From assembly GCA_964589115.1 (NCBI GenBank), contig CAZPUD010000003.1:3272-35271 (forward strand): a stretch of DNA of 32,000 nt, written 5' to 3'. The notes below the pieces were generated by a model. The model ran no database searches and had not been told where the DNA came from. It saw nothing but the letters and a program-made list of their open reading frames with translations. Source of the DNA: an uncultured candidatus Brocadiaceae bacterium. Its GTDB lineage: Bacteria; Planctomycetota; Brocadiia; Brocadiales; Brocadiaceae. Both the position numbers and the translations under genes were made by a program. Positions 7,635-16,185 of this stretch are shown here, piece after piece (the stretch's first letter is position 1; the number at the start of each line of letters is the position of its first letter).

Positions 7635-8654
7635 TTATTTAACTCCATTTATCCGCCCTTTAATGTCTTTTCTTCGCTTTTGTTCCATAATGGCAAAAAT
7701 TAGATCATTCATTTCAACCCTGCTTCTATCGCTTAGTACACTATTTTTTATTGATTCGAAACAAATCAAGGCAATATCAGAAGGAGCCATACCATCTGTT
7801 TGTTTGGATAATTTTTTAATATCGAGAGAGTTACCTTTAGTTATTACCTTTAGATATTTTTCGAAAATAAGTATCCTCCTTTTTTCGTCAGGAATATCAA
7901 AATAAAGTATTTCGTCAAATCTCCGCCATAATGCAGGATCCAAAAGGTGTTGATGATTTGTAGCAGCGATTATCAAACTCTCTCCCATGAAGTTATCAAG
8001 CATTTGAAGGAAATTATTCACAACTCTCTTAATTTCACCATGCTCATAATGGTCGTCTCTATGCTTCCCAATTACATCGAATTCATCGAACAAAACAACC
8101 CATTTACCTCGTTCAAAAAAATCAAATATTTTTCGTAAGTTTGTAGCAGTTTCTCCAAGGTAAGATGAAATAATAGAATCAAATCTAGTATAAACCATTG
8201 GATATCCAAGTAACGAACTCATTAGTTGAGCTGTTAGTGTTTTGCCAGTACCGGGAGGACCACAAAACAGTAGCTTTTGTTTTGGTTTTATACCGTAAGT
8301 AGCAAGAATTTCTGATTTGCCATATTCCTGTACTATTCTGTTTAGGGCAGAGATAATATTATCTTCCAAGATTACATCTGACCAGTCTAAGTGAAATTCC
8401 TTTATCTCAAGAAGAGGAAATCCTTTTTCTGTATCTCTTGGTATTGGTAAGTTTTCTTTAAATCTTTTTTGATAACCTTCGAAAGGAATATCTATATTAC
8501 TATTGTTATTTAAGATTTCATTCAATTCTTTAACAAGGATTCTATGTTTTTTTCTTTCTTCATTCTTTATTATTTCATTTGCTGCTTTCAAAAATGAGTC
8601 ATTATCTTTGTTAATGAATGATTGGAAAAGTTGTTTTATAAGATCGCTATTCAT
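7635..8654 (-). CDS. Classical AAA+ ATPase, IetA-like partner of the S8 protease
   Basis: Walker A GPPGTGKT (8238-8261), Walker B VVLFDEFD (8076-8099), sensor-1 ATN (aa 231-233) and ALWRRFD (aa 241-247). Confidence 0.85.
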   Translation of the reverse strand: MNSDLIKQLFQSFINKDNDSFLKAANEIIKNEERKKHRILVKELNEILNNNSNIDIPFEGYQKRFKENLPIPRDTEKGFPLLEIKEFHLDWSDVILEDNIISALNRIVQEYGKSEILATYGIKPKQKLLFCGPPGTGKTLTAQLMSSLLGYPMVYTRFDSIISSYLGETATNLRKIFDFFERGKWVVLFDEFDVIGKHRDDHYEHGEIKRVVNNFLQMLDNFMGESLIIAATNHQHLLDPALWRRFDEILYFDIPDEKRRILIFEKYLKVITKGNSLDIKKLSKQTDGMAPSDIALICFESIKNSVLSDRSRVEMNDLIFAIMEQKRRKDIKGRINGVK

Positions 8655-8698
8655 TATCCGTTTCTATTTCTCAAAAGCTTTTATTTAATGTAACCATG

Positions 8699-8728
8699 TA
8701 TTTTACATTTCATTTAAAATGTAAAATA
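8699..8728. promoter_or_regulatory. Perfect 12-bp inverted repeat 45-74 nt upstream of the ATPase start; possible operator
   Basis: tattttacattt (8699-8710) pairs with aaatgtaaaata (8717-8728), with a 6-nt spacer. It is almost pure A/T, so it could also be fortuitous. Confidence 0.25.
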
Positions 8729-9021
8729 ATAATTCTATAGATTATGTGTATAAATAGCTAAATTATACATGAGAACTTTTGAGATTCCCACCATCTTCTT
8801 ATGAATGTTTTTGCAATCTCGTGAAAAGGGTTGGTAAAAGGGGTGTATCTTTACAGTTATCTCGGAATAGCTTTGTAAATCAAAACTTTATATAGCATTA
8901 CCCTGTAAAAATTTCTTTTTGTAAATTTTTATAACTCCCTTGATTTCCCATTTTAAGAGGGAACTTAGTTTTAGATACGATACTCTATATATTTTGTCAA
9001 ATTCTCTACAGATAAAAAATA

Positions 9022-12000
9022 TCAGAAAGAAACTTCTCCCTTAACTATTTTAATTTCCTCTTCTGTTAGCCCATACAGTTTGTAAACTATTTCATCTATC
9101 AAATTATCTATAGCTTTAATTTTTGTTTTTAGTGGTTCAAGGATTGAGATGCTTTGAATAAATTGATCCTCAAATTTTTCTTGAGTTTTCCGGTCTGATG
9201 GGTCTATTGATAGCTTATTTCTATTCCTCTTTAAGATTTCAATGAGTTGGTTAAAGTCATGTTCGTGGTATTCCTTTATAGTGGTCTTGTTTGAAAGTTC
9301 ATCGATTTCTAAGCCGATTTCACGTTCAAGCCATTTTAGGAAACCTTTGATTTCCTCATTTTTCTTTTCGTTCATTTTGATCATCTCTTCGGCGATATAG
9401 GCTAGAAAATCATGTACTGCATCAGATTGTTCCTTCTCTAGTTCTGGAAAACCATATTTATCTTTTAAAAGCCTTAAATCTATAAAGGATAAAATTTCTT
9501 CAATTATTCCATTTGTTAAATATTGTTGATAAAGTTTAATTGCATTATTAACAAGGTTTTTTTTAAGAGATGGAGATGTGATGAATTTAATTGAACGAAT
9601 TGGAATTTTTTGTAATTCAGCAAGGGTTGTTTGTCTAAAGTCGTCTTTTGTCGCCAGTGTAGAAAAATTAAGATACATGAAAGAATGAAATTTGCTGTTA
9701 ATGTTGGCAAGAAGATAATAAGGAGAATAGTTATCCATTGTTGTTATAAAAGGGTTAACATCCTTTTTAGAAACAAACGGATCACTTATAAATGTAGCCA
9801 TTAGTCTATCTGCTCTACTTATTATTCTTCTGATAAGAATTCTAGGATTTGTATAAAATCTTATCAAATGGGTAACTGAACTAAAATCAATATATTTTCT
9901 TGATTCTTCAATAAATTGATACCTATAAACTTGTCCGATTACATAAGGTAAATAATTATCTGTTCTTTTGTATTGATCATAACTGAAGAACGATTCAACA
10001 ATACCTTGAGTTGATTTTGTAAGAGAACCTAGAGTAACTATATAATTTTTATTTAGTTTATCTAGGAGTTTATAATTGTGAATATTGGTGTATACTTTGT
10101 AATCTATATTATTTGTAATATAGTTAAAAGGAATAGAGTTTGTATCACAAGTATTACAGGAGATATTGTTGATTTTGACTTTTTTACTATATTGCTTTGC
10201 TAAGAAATACCGATCTTTAGGAGAATATTCGGCTTTTGTAAAAATAGCTATGCAAGTATCAATATAAGCATCAGGGAATATATCATACGGAAGATTAATT
10301 ATTTGGGAAAGAAAAGTCTTATTTGAGAATGCTACTTGTCGAAATTTAAGATAATTTTCACCTGTTTGCCAAGCTACAGGTGTAATCATACCTAGTAACC
10401 CATTATTTTTAAGTAGACTTATACTTATGCTCATAAAAAGTATGGAAGTATCATATTTTCTATAAGCAACTTCTAGTTTTTGGGTATAAAAATAACTGTC
10501 TTCATCAGAAATATCTTCCGTTGGAATATAAGGTGGATTTCCAATTACACAATCAAACCCAGAATTTTCTTTCTTTTCTACTTTTTGTTCCAGCGTGCCA
10601 ACGCGCTCAAAGAAGACCTCAGGAAATTCAATTTCCCAGTGGAAAAACCGTTTCCCCTTTGCTATTTTCTCGATAGATTCAATTGTTTTTCTGTGCTTTT
10701 CATGCAATGAGTCAATAGACTTTTTAAGGTTATCCAGGTCTATTGTGCTACTTACCTCCGGTAAAAATATCCTGGCTTCTTTTATCCCAAAATATTCAGA
10801 GACAAGTATATCAAGGAGTATTCTATATCCGACAATACTTTTATCTGCGTCTCTGTATTTCCGTTCCGAATCTTTTACCTGCTGATATGTTGCATCTGAA
10901 AGACTGGACACAAAGAGCATGTTTCTGATAGCTCTATTTAAAGGTTCCAGGCTTATGCGAAATAACTTCTTTTCCGTTGCGTTTCTAAGCGTTTCCAAAT
11001 TTGAACCTATAAGTGAATTACCACACTTCAAATGATGATCCAGGAATGAGAGCGGTGCACCGAGGACAAAGGAGTCGAGCCATAATGATAGTTTTGCAAG
11101 CTCAACGGCCATCTCGTTCAGATCGACACCATAGATACACCGTTTCATCACGGTTCGTTTCATGAGATTTACTTCTGTAAGTTTGCTTTCATCTATGCTT
11201 ACCCCTTGCCGCTTTATTCCTTCGAGTATCTCATGTTTCAACTTCTCTATCTTTCTTATTACCGGATTTTCAGGAAAATTGGCAAGAAATGAAATGATCT
11301 TGTCTGTTATGAAGTCGACGGTATGGACAAGGAAGTGGCCGCTGCCCATAGCGGGATCCAGCACCTTGATATCAAATACCGTCTCAAAGAGGTCTTCTTC
11401 CAGATTAACTATCCTGTCAATATGGGGTCCTTTCGGTTCTCCAGGATGATCCCAGTACCTCCAGTCTTTTGGTTTTTTCAACTGTTTACGTTGTTTTTCA
11501 TAAAGTGTTTCCAATTCAGAAAGGATCTCTTGCGCCCTTTGAAATCGTATTCCCAGTACCGGGCCTACGGTATTCTTCACAATGTATTCAACGATATAAT
11601 GCGGCGTGTAGTAAGAACCGGTGGCCTTACGTTCGTGCTTCGAGTTTTCTATGTAAATCTCGCCTTTTTCTTTTCTCCTGTATATCCTGGTATTTGCATC
11701 AATCTCCGATTCCTTTTTCCAGAGTATTTTGCTGCCTTCTTTGATCTCAACCATAGGCTCATCTGCAATACGGATATGGAACTCAAGGAGTCCTTCATAA
11801 ATGTTACCCAGATGACGGACGTCTAAGGATGAGTAATCAATGAAGGGTTTTTGACCCGGTGTATATTCACCTTGCTGGTCTATGGTGAGAAGTGCAATTG
11901 CATCGGCAAGAAACGGGTCGGATATTTTATTGGCTGCTAAAAAACTCTCAGGCAGGGTTTCAAAAAGGCCGCCATTATAGATAGGAATATTCAAGGCCTT

Positions 12001-13104
12001 GTCGCCCCTCTCTATGATCCTGCAAAGAGACTCAAGGCGCGACCAATAATCATAGGTTTGATGGCTCATACCTTCGAGGATAGTTATTTCAAGCTCGCTG
12101 GCAATATCTTCTTTTAATCTCTTCAGGCTCTTTTTGTAGTAACGGTCCTGATCATTTACCGGCAAAAGTGCCCTCGATTCTGCATATAACAGGAATAAAA
12201 GCCGGTAAAGGAGGGTAAGACAGCCGTTGAATATTTCTTTTAAATCTTCATCGGTCTCTTTTTTGATGTGCTTTTCGTTGTAACGATATTCGATAAAGCC
12301 TTCCGCTAAACCCTCAAAGATCTTATCGAATATAAGATTTTTGAGGTTTTCGCTGACCCTTGCAGCATAATCCTCACTGCCCTTAATATGCTGGTCAAGC
12401 CACGTCTTTCCTGTTACCGGATCGGGAATAAAGACATCTTTTGAGAAGAAGAGGTAAAAATATTTGAAGGTATCGGGATTACTGCAATTGATAATCTCCT
12501 CTAAATCCACTTCATAATAATTCCCGGAACGTGAGGCGGCACGATAGTAAAAGAGGCGCCATACCTTCCCGTTTGTTAATATTGCCCATTGAATACGACT
12601 GTTGGAATTGTGGTAAACGTCGTCCAGGTATTTTACCGTTTGTGCTGTCGGGTCACGATTATCGAGGATATCTTTTGGATCGGTATCGTTTAAGCTCCTT
12701 CCCCAGTATTTTGCCTCCAGGATGGTAAGAGGGTAGGAGTAGAAGTATTGAGGATTATCCTTTCCCTTGCGGGCTTCTTTATGAGAATCCTTGTCTTTAA
12801 ATAATGCGTAGTCGGGTCTTCTCTTCTTCGTACCTCTTTGGGTGGTTGGCTGGACGTCCCATTCGTAATCAAGGGATGCAAGTACCGGTCTTATAAATTT
12901 ATCTTCGAGATTTGCCTCTTCTCCCGGGCCGAGCTTTAATGATTGGATGGATTTGTAAGCTTGTTTTATATTTTCAAATGCCGTGTGAACCTTTTCATTG
13001 TCTGTATTCCATAAGGAGGTTGATTGTAGCCTGTGTTCGAGATAGTTGTTTGAGAATAGTTTTTGGTTTTTCAAAAAGAACAGCTTTTCCTGCTCTTGCA
13101 CCAT
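9022..13104 (-). CDS. Single-chain type IIG restriction-modification enzyme: PD-(D/E)xK nuclease + gamma-class N6-adenine methyltransferase + target-recognition region
   Basis: Nuclease motif RPD98 (12811-12813) ... E130-A-K132 (12709-12717), followed by WAILTNGKVWRLFY. Methyltransferase motifs are GSYYTP, motif I DPAMGSG (11338-11358), YGVDLNEMAVELAKLSL, FHWEIEFPEVF and motif IV NPPY (10528-10539). A C-terminal ~500 aa follows, ending YGLTEEEIKIV. A GAGGA RBS sits 6 nt before the ATG. Confidence 0.85.
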   Translation of the reverse strand: MVQEQEKLFFLKNQKLFSNNYLEHRLQSTSLWNTDNEKVHTAFENIKQAYKSIQSLKLGPGEEANLEDKFIRPVLASLDYEWDVQPTTQRGTKKRRPDYALFKDKDSHKEARKGKDNPQYFYSYPLTILEAKYWGRSLNDTDPKDILDNRDPTAQTVKYLDDVYHNSNSRIQWAILTNGKVWRLFYYRAASRSGNYYEVDLEEIINCSNPDTFKYFYLFFSKDVFIPDPVTGKTWLDQHIKGSEDYAARVSENLKNLIFDKIFEGLAEGFIEYRYNEKHIKKETDEDLKEIFNGCLTLLYRLLFLLYAESRALLPVNDQDRYYKKSLKRLKEDIASELEITILEGMSHQTYDYWSRLESLCRIIERGDKALNIPIYNGGLFETLPESFLAANKISDPFLADAIALLTIDQQGEYTPGQKPFIDYSSLDVRHLGNIYEGLLEFHIRIADEPMVEIKEGSKILWKKESEIDANTRIYRRKEKGEIYIENSKHERKATGSYYTPHYIVEYIVKNTVGPVLGIRFQRAQEILSELETLYEKQRKQLKKPKDWRYWDHPGEPKGPHIDRIVNLEEDLFETVFDIKVLDPAMGSGHFLVHTVDFITDKIISFLANFPENPVIRKIEKLKHEILEGIKRQGVSIDESKLTEVNLMKRTVMKRCIYGVDLNEMAVELAKLSLWLDSFVLGAPLSFLDHHLKCGNSLIGSNLETLRNATEKKLFRISLEPLNRAIRNMLFVSSLSDATYQQVKDSERKYRDADKSIVGYRILLDILVSEYFGIKEARIFLPEVSSTIDLDNLKKSIDSLHEKHRKTIESIEKIAKGKRFFHWEIEFPEVFFERVGTLEQKVEKKENSGFDCVIGNPPYIPTEDISDEDSYFYTQKLEVAYRKYDTSILFMSISISLLKNNGLLGMITPVAWQTGENYLKFRQVAFSNKTFLSQIINLPYDIFPDAYIDTCIAIFTKAEYSPKDRYFLAKQYSKKVKINNISCNTCDTNSIPFNYITNNIDYKVYTNIHNYKLLDKLNKNYIVTLGSLTKSTQGIVESFFSYDQYKRTDNYLPYVIGQVYRYQFIEESRKYIDFSSVTHLIRFYTNPRILIRRIISRADRLMATFISDPFVSKKDVNPFITTMDNYSPYYLLANINSKFHSFMYLNFSTLATKDDFRQTTLAELQKIPIRSIKFITSPSLKKNLVNNAIKLYQQYLTNGIIEEILSFIDLRLLKDKYGFPELEKEQSDAVHDFLAYIAEEMIKMNEKKNEEIKGFLKWLEREIGLEIDELSNKTTIKEYHEHDFNQLIEILKRNRNKLSIDPSDRKTQEKFEDQFIQSISILEPLKTKIKAIDNLIDEIVYKLYGLTEEEIKIVKGEVSF

Positions 13105-13205
13105 TCAAGTCCTCGAGAAGAATCGGGGATTATAAATACCTGGATAATTTTTTGTGATTACTCAAAATTGTGTTGAATAGCTTGAATTGGAGAATCTGCT
13201 ACAAG

Positions 13206-13300
13206 ACCCACCCCTGTCCCCTCCCGAGAGGGGAATAAAGAAGTTTTCTCACGAGAGAGGAATAAAAAGTCCCCTCTTGGGAGGGGATTTAGGGGTGGGT
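13206..13300. repeat. G/C-rich inverted repeat (ACCCACCCCT..CCCCTCCC.AGAGGGGA)
   Basis: Left arm is acccacccctgtcccctcccgagagggga (13206-13234). Right arm is tcccctcttgggaggggatttaggggtgggt (13270-13300). The spacer holds a degenerate direct copy of the inner arm, ctcacgagagaggaataaa. Confidence 0.7.
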
Positions 13301-13546
13301 AAAAGTATCAGGAATATTACATTATGGCTTTATTCAATATAACTTTGAATAACGACATTCTCTTTTCATTGGCAGGAAGTATAAAATATTTGAAAAGTTA
13401 TTTCAATGCTATTTTATTTTGATTGATGATGTGCTTACTAAATGAATTTACGTATAGGAATTACAACCGACCATGTAGGGTATATTCAATATGCTAATCT
13501 ACGCAGATGTTAAGGACTAACTACAAGTCGTTATAGTTGGTTATAG

Positions 13547-13663
13547 TTGGTTCAATCGTCCACGATTGAACCTAAACGTTTAGCATGTTTCATATGCTTG
13601 GCACCAATCAAAAACGTACAGGCCAATTAAACACATGGTTCAATCTACAAGATTGAACCAACC
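13547..13663. mobile_element. MITE-like palindromic element, copy 2
   Basis: Same termini and hairpins as 4451..4568 (ggttcaatcgtccacgattgaacc and ggttcaatctacaagattgaacc). The central part has diverged. A 10-bp tandem duplication, ttatagttgg x2, abuts the left end (13531-13550). Confidence 0.75.
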
Positions 13664-13896
13664 CTGAGGTCTACATTCCGCTTTAATAACCTTTCAATAT
13701 CAAGCCATATCCTGTCTTCTGCATCATATTTGATATCAATTTCTTCCCATTCCAGGTATTTGCTTTTCGATCTGAAATATACAGCAATATCTACGTCCGA
13801 TTCCCTGTGAGTTGTTTCCCTGGCATAAGAGCCGAACAAAAATGCCATGAGGACATCGCCCCTCTTTTCAAAATAATCTTTAAGGATTTTTATCAT
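13645..13896 (-). pseudogene. Minimal nucleotidyltransferase (MNT-type antitoxin), C-terminus truncated by the MITE
   Basis: LFGSYARE...SDVDIAV is the pol-beta-type NTase signature. After ...KRNVDL the frame enters the MITE (RVGSIL, then stop). The start is either ATG 13894-13896, 4 nt after the glmS stop, or TTG 13906-13908, overlapping it. No HEPN partner ORF lies downstream. Confidence 0.65.
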
Positions 13897-13900
13897 TCGG

Positions 13901-15727
13901 TCATTCAACCGTTACGCTCTTTGCAAGGTTTCTTGGTTTGTCTACATCGCAGCCCCGCATTACTGCCATATGGTAGGCCAGTAATTGAAGCGGGATTACC
14001 GAGAGGATTGGTGTTAAAGTATCGGAGGTTTTCGGTATGTAAAATACATGATCTACCTTTTCAGCGATCTGCTCATCTCCTTCTGTTGCAACTGCAATTA
14101 CCCTTCCACCCCTTGATTTTACCTCTTCAATGTTACTCAAGATTTTTCCGTAAACGCTGTCTCTCGTGGCGATAAAAACAACCGGCATATCTTTGTTTAT
14201 GAGGGCTATAGGACCGTGCTTCATCTCGGCAGCCGGATATCCTTCGGCGTGGATATAGGATATTTCTTTCAATTTCAATGCGCCTTCGAGTGCCACGGGG
14301 TAATTGTATCCCCTTCCTAAATAAAGGGCATGTTCACTATCTTTATATATCGCTGCAAGTTTTATAATCTCATCTTCCTTATTAAGGATAGTCTGAATTT
14401 TATCCGGTAGTGATTTGATATCTTTTATCATATCGAACCGTTTTGGATGGGAAGGGTATCTTAGATTCATCATGTAAAGGGTAAACAGATATGAAACTGC
14501 AATTTGCGCCGTGAATGCCTTGGTAGAGGCAACGCCTATTTCCGGACCGATATGCAGATAAATTCCACAATCGGCTTCCCTTGCTATGGTACTGCCAACA
14601 ACGTTGCAGATAGAGAGCAACTTGGCACCTTTATTTTTGGCTTCCCGCATTGCTGCAAGGGTATCGGCCGTCTCACCTGACTGACTGATAGCAATTACTA
14701 CGGTACCATCTTCAATTACCGGATTCCGGTACCGGAATTCGGAGGCATATTCTACCTCAACAGGTATACGTATTAGTTCCTCAAGCATATATTCACTTAC
14801 AATCCCTGCATGCCATGACGTACCACAAGCAACGATAACAATACGCTTTGCCTCTCTGAGTTCCTTCTCACAGTTAATCAATCCCCCGAGTTTTATAAGA
14901 CCACTGTCTCCCTCTACCCTTCCACGCATAACGTTTTGCAAGGCCTGCGGCTGCTCATGGATTTCTTTGAGCATGAAGTGCTCGTAACCACCCTTCTCGA
15001 TCATATCGATATTCCAGAGTATTTCCTCTACTCTTTTATGAATTGGAATGTTTTGTATTGTTTTGGTTTCATAATGGTTCCGGGTAAGAATGGCAACTTC
15101 GTTGTCATCGAGGTACACTACATCACGCGTATGCTCCAGTGAGGCAGAAACATCAGAAGTTACGAAATGCTCCTGATTTCCAATTCCTATAACTAAAGGC
15201 GAGCCCTTTCGCGCTGCTACAATTTTTTGTGGATCTTTTGTAGAAATTACTGCAATTCCATAAGTCCCCTCTACCTCTTTTAACGCCTCCATTACCGCTA
15301 TCTCAAGGTTACCTTGAAAATACTTCTCAATGAGATGTGCCAGGACTTCTGTGTCTGTTTCACTCTTAAAGATATGTCCCTCTTGTTCTAATTTTGATTT
15401 TAAATAATCATAATTCTCGATGATCCCGTTGTGTACGACGGCAATTTCGTTATTACAATCGACATGTGGATGGGCATTTTCAACAGTAGGTGCCCCATGC
15501 GTGGCCCACCGTGTGTGAACAATACCTGAACAGGCATTAAAGCTGTTTCCATTGATCTTTTTCTCTAACTCGGCTATCTTACCGACAGCTTTTTCGCATC
15601 GTAAGATGCCGTTCTCGATAAGCGCCATCCCGGAAGAATCGTACCCACGGTATTCAAGTCTTTTGATGCCATCCAGTAAAACCCTGATGATTTCTTTTTG
15701 CCCGATATATCCTATAATTCCACACAT
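13901..15727 (-). CDS. glmS: Glutamine--fructose-6-phosphate aminotransferase
   Basis: 608 aa with N-terminal MCGIIGYIG (Ntn Cys), two SIS regions and C-terminal ...NLAKSVTVE. Confidence 0.95.
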   Translation of the reverse strand: MCGIIGYIGQKEIIRVLLDGIKRLEYRGYDSSGMALIENGILRCEKAVGKIAELEKKINGNSFNACSGIVHTRWATHGAPTVENAHPHVDCNNEIAVVHNGIIENYDYLKSKLEQEGHIFKSETDTEVLAHLIEKYFQGNLEIAVMEALKEVEGTYGIAVISTKDPQKIVAARKGSPLVIGIGNQEHFVTSDVSASLEHTRDVVYLDDNEVAILTRNHYETKTIQNIPIHKRVEEILWNIDMIEKGGYEHFMLKEIHEQPQALQNVMRGRVEGDSGLIKLGGLINCEKELREAKRIVIVACGTSWHAGIVSEYMLEELIRIPVEVEYASEFRYRNPVIEDGTVVIAISQSGETADTLAAMREAKNKGAKLLSICNVVGSTIAREADCGIYLHIGPEIGVASTKAFTAQIAVSYLFTLYMMNLRYPSHPKRFDMIKDIKSLPDKIQTILNKEDEIIKLAAIYKDSEHALYLGRGYNYPVALEGALKLKEISYIHAEGYPAAEMKHGPIALINKDMPVVFIATRDSVYGKILSNIEEVKSRGGRVIAVATEGDEQIAEKVDHVFYIPKTSDTLTPILSVIPLQLLAYHMAVMRGCDVDKPRNLAKSVTVE

Positions 15728-16185
15728 AGTTTACTCCTTAAAATATGTTCTTTATATACGGCAGTGCATTTCTGAATTTGCCTGAGATTACAACTTTACT
15801 ATCAAAATATATACCATAGAGCAGGGGAACTTGGTCTTTTGGTATTTAAGAGATCGTAAAGACATGCCGTTACGATAGGGAAAAAGAAAACAGGTTATAA
15901 AGATAATATAAAAATAAATGGTAAAAGTGTGACATATCACAGAAACGTGCCGTTACAAAAGTGAGGCATGACACATGAGACTTTTCTAAACTGTAGTACT
16001 TCTATTACCTTTGTACATTATGGATTTCTACTATAATTTAGCTTATACCGGCTATAACATCTATAACATTATTATTTTTAATGACTAAAATTGTCAATAG
16101 AAAATTTTGTTGCAGGGTTTTTGGGAACTCATTGAGATTTACTATTGAAAATGATAGAATCTAGAACCTAAATTAACTAACAATT

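Noticed and set aside
8935-8970. Possible intrinsic terminator after the R-M gene (tccct...aggga)
   Set aside because: The stem is only about 5 bp with mismatches and has no clear T-run. That is not enough to call.
9022-13104. Interpreting the 1360-aa methyltransferase as BREX PglX
   Set aside because: It carries an N-terminal PD...ExK nuclease motif typical of type IIG enzymes. No pglZ, brxC, brxL or other BREX genes are nearby.
15728-16185. Possible glmS ribozyme or other leader RNA, plus repeated words, in the glmS-lpxD divergent region. The words are tgccgttac twice, TGTGA-N4-TCACA at 15928-15941, and ctataacat tandem at 16051-16068.
   Set aside because: I could not find the conserved glmS ribozyme core on the minus strand. 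The short repeats are within what chance allows in 458 bp of AT-rich DNA.
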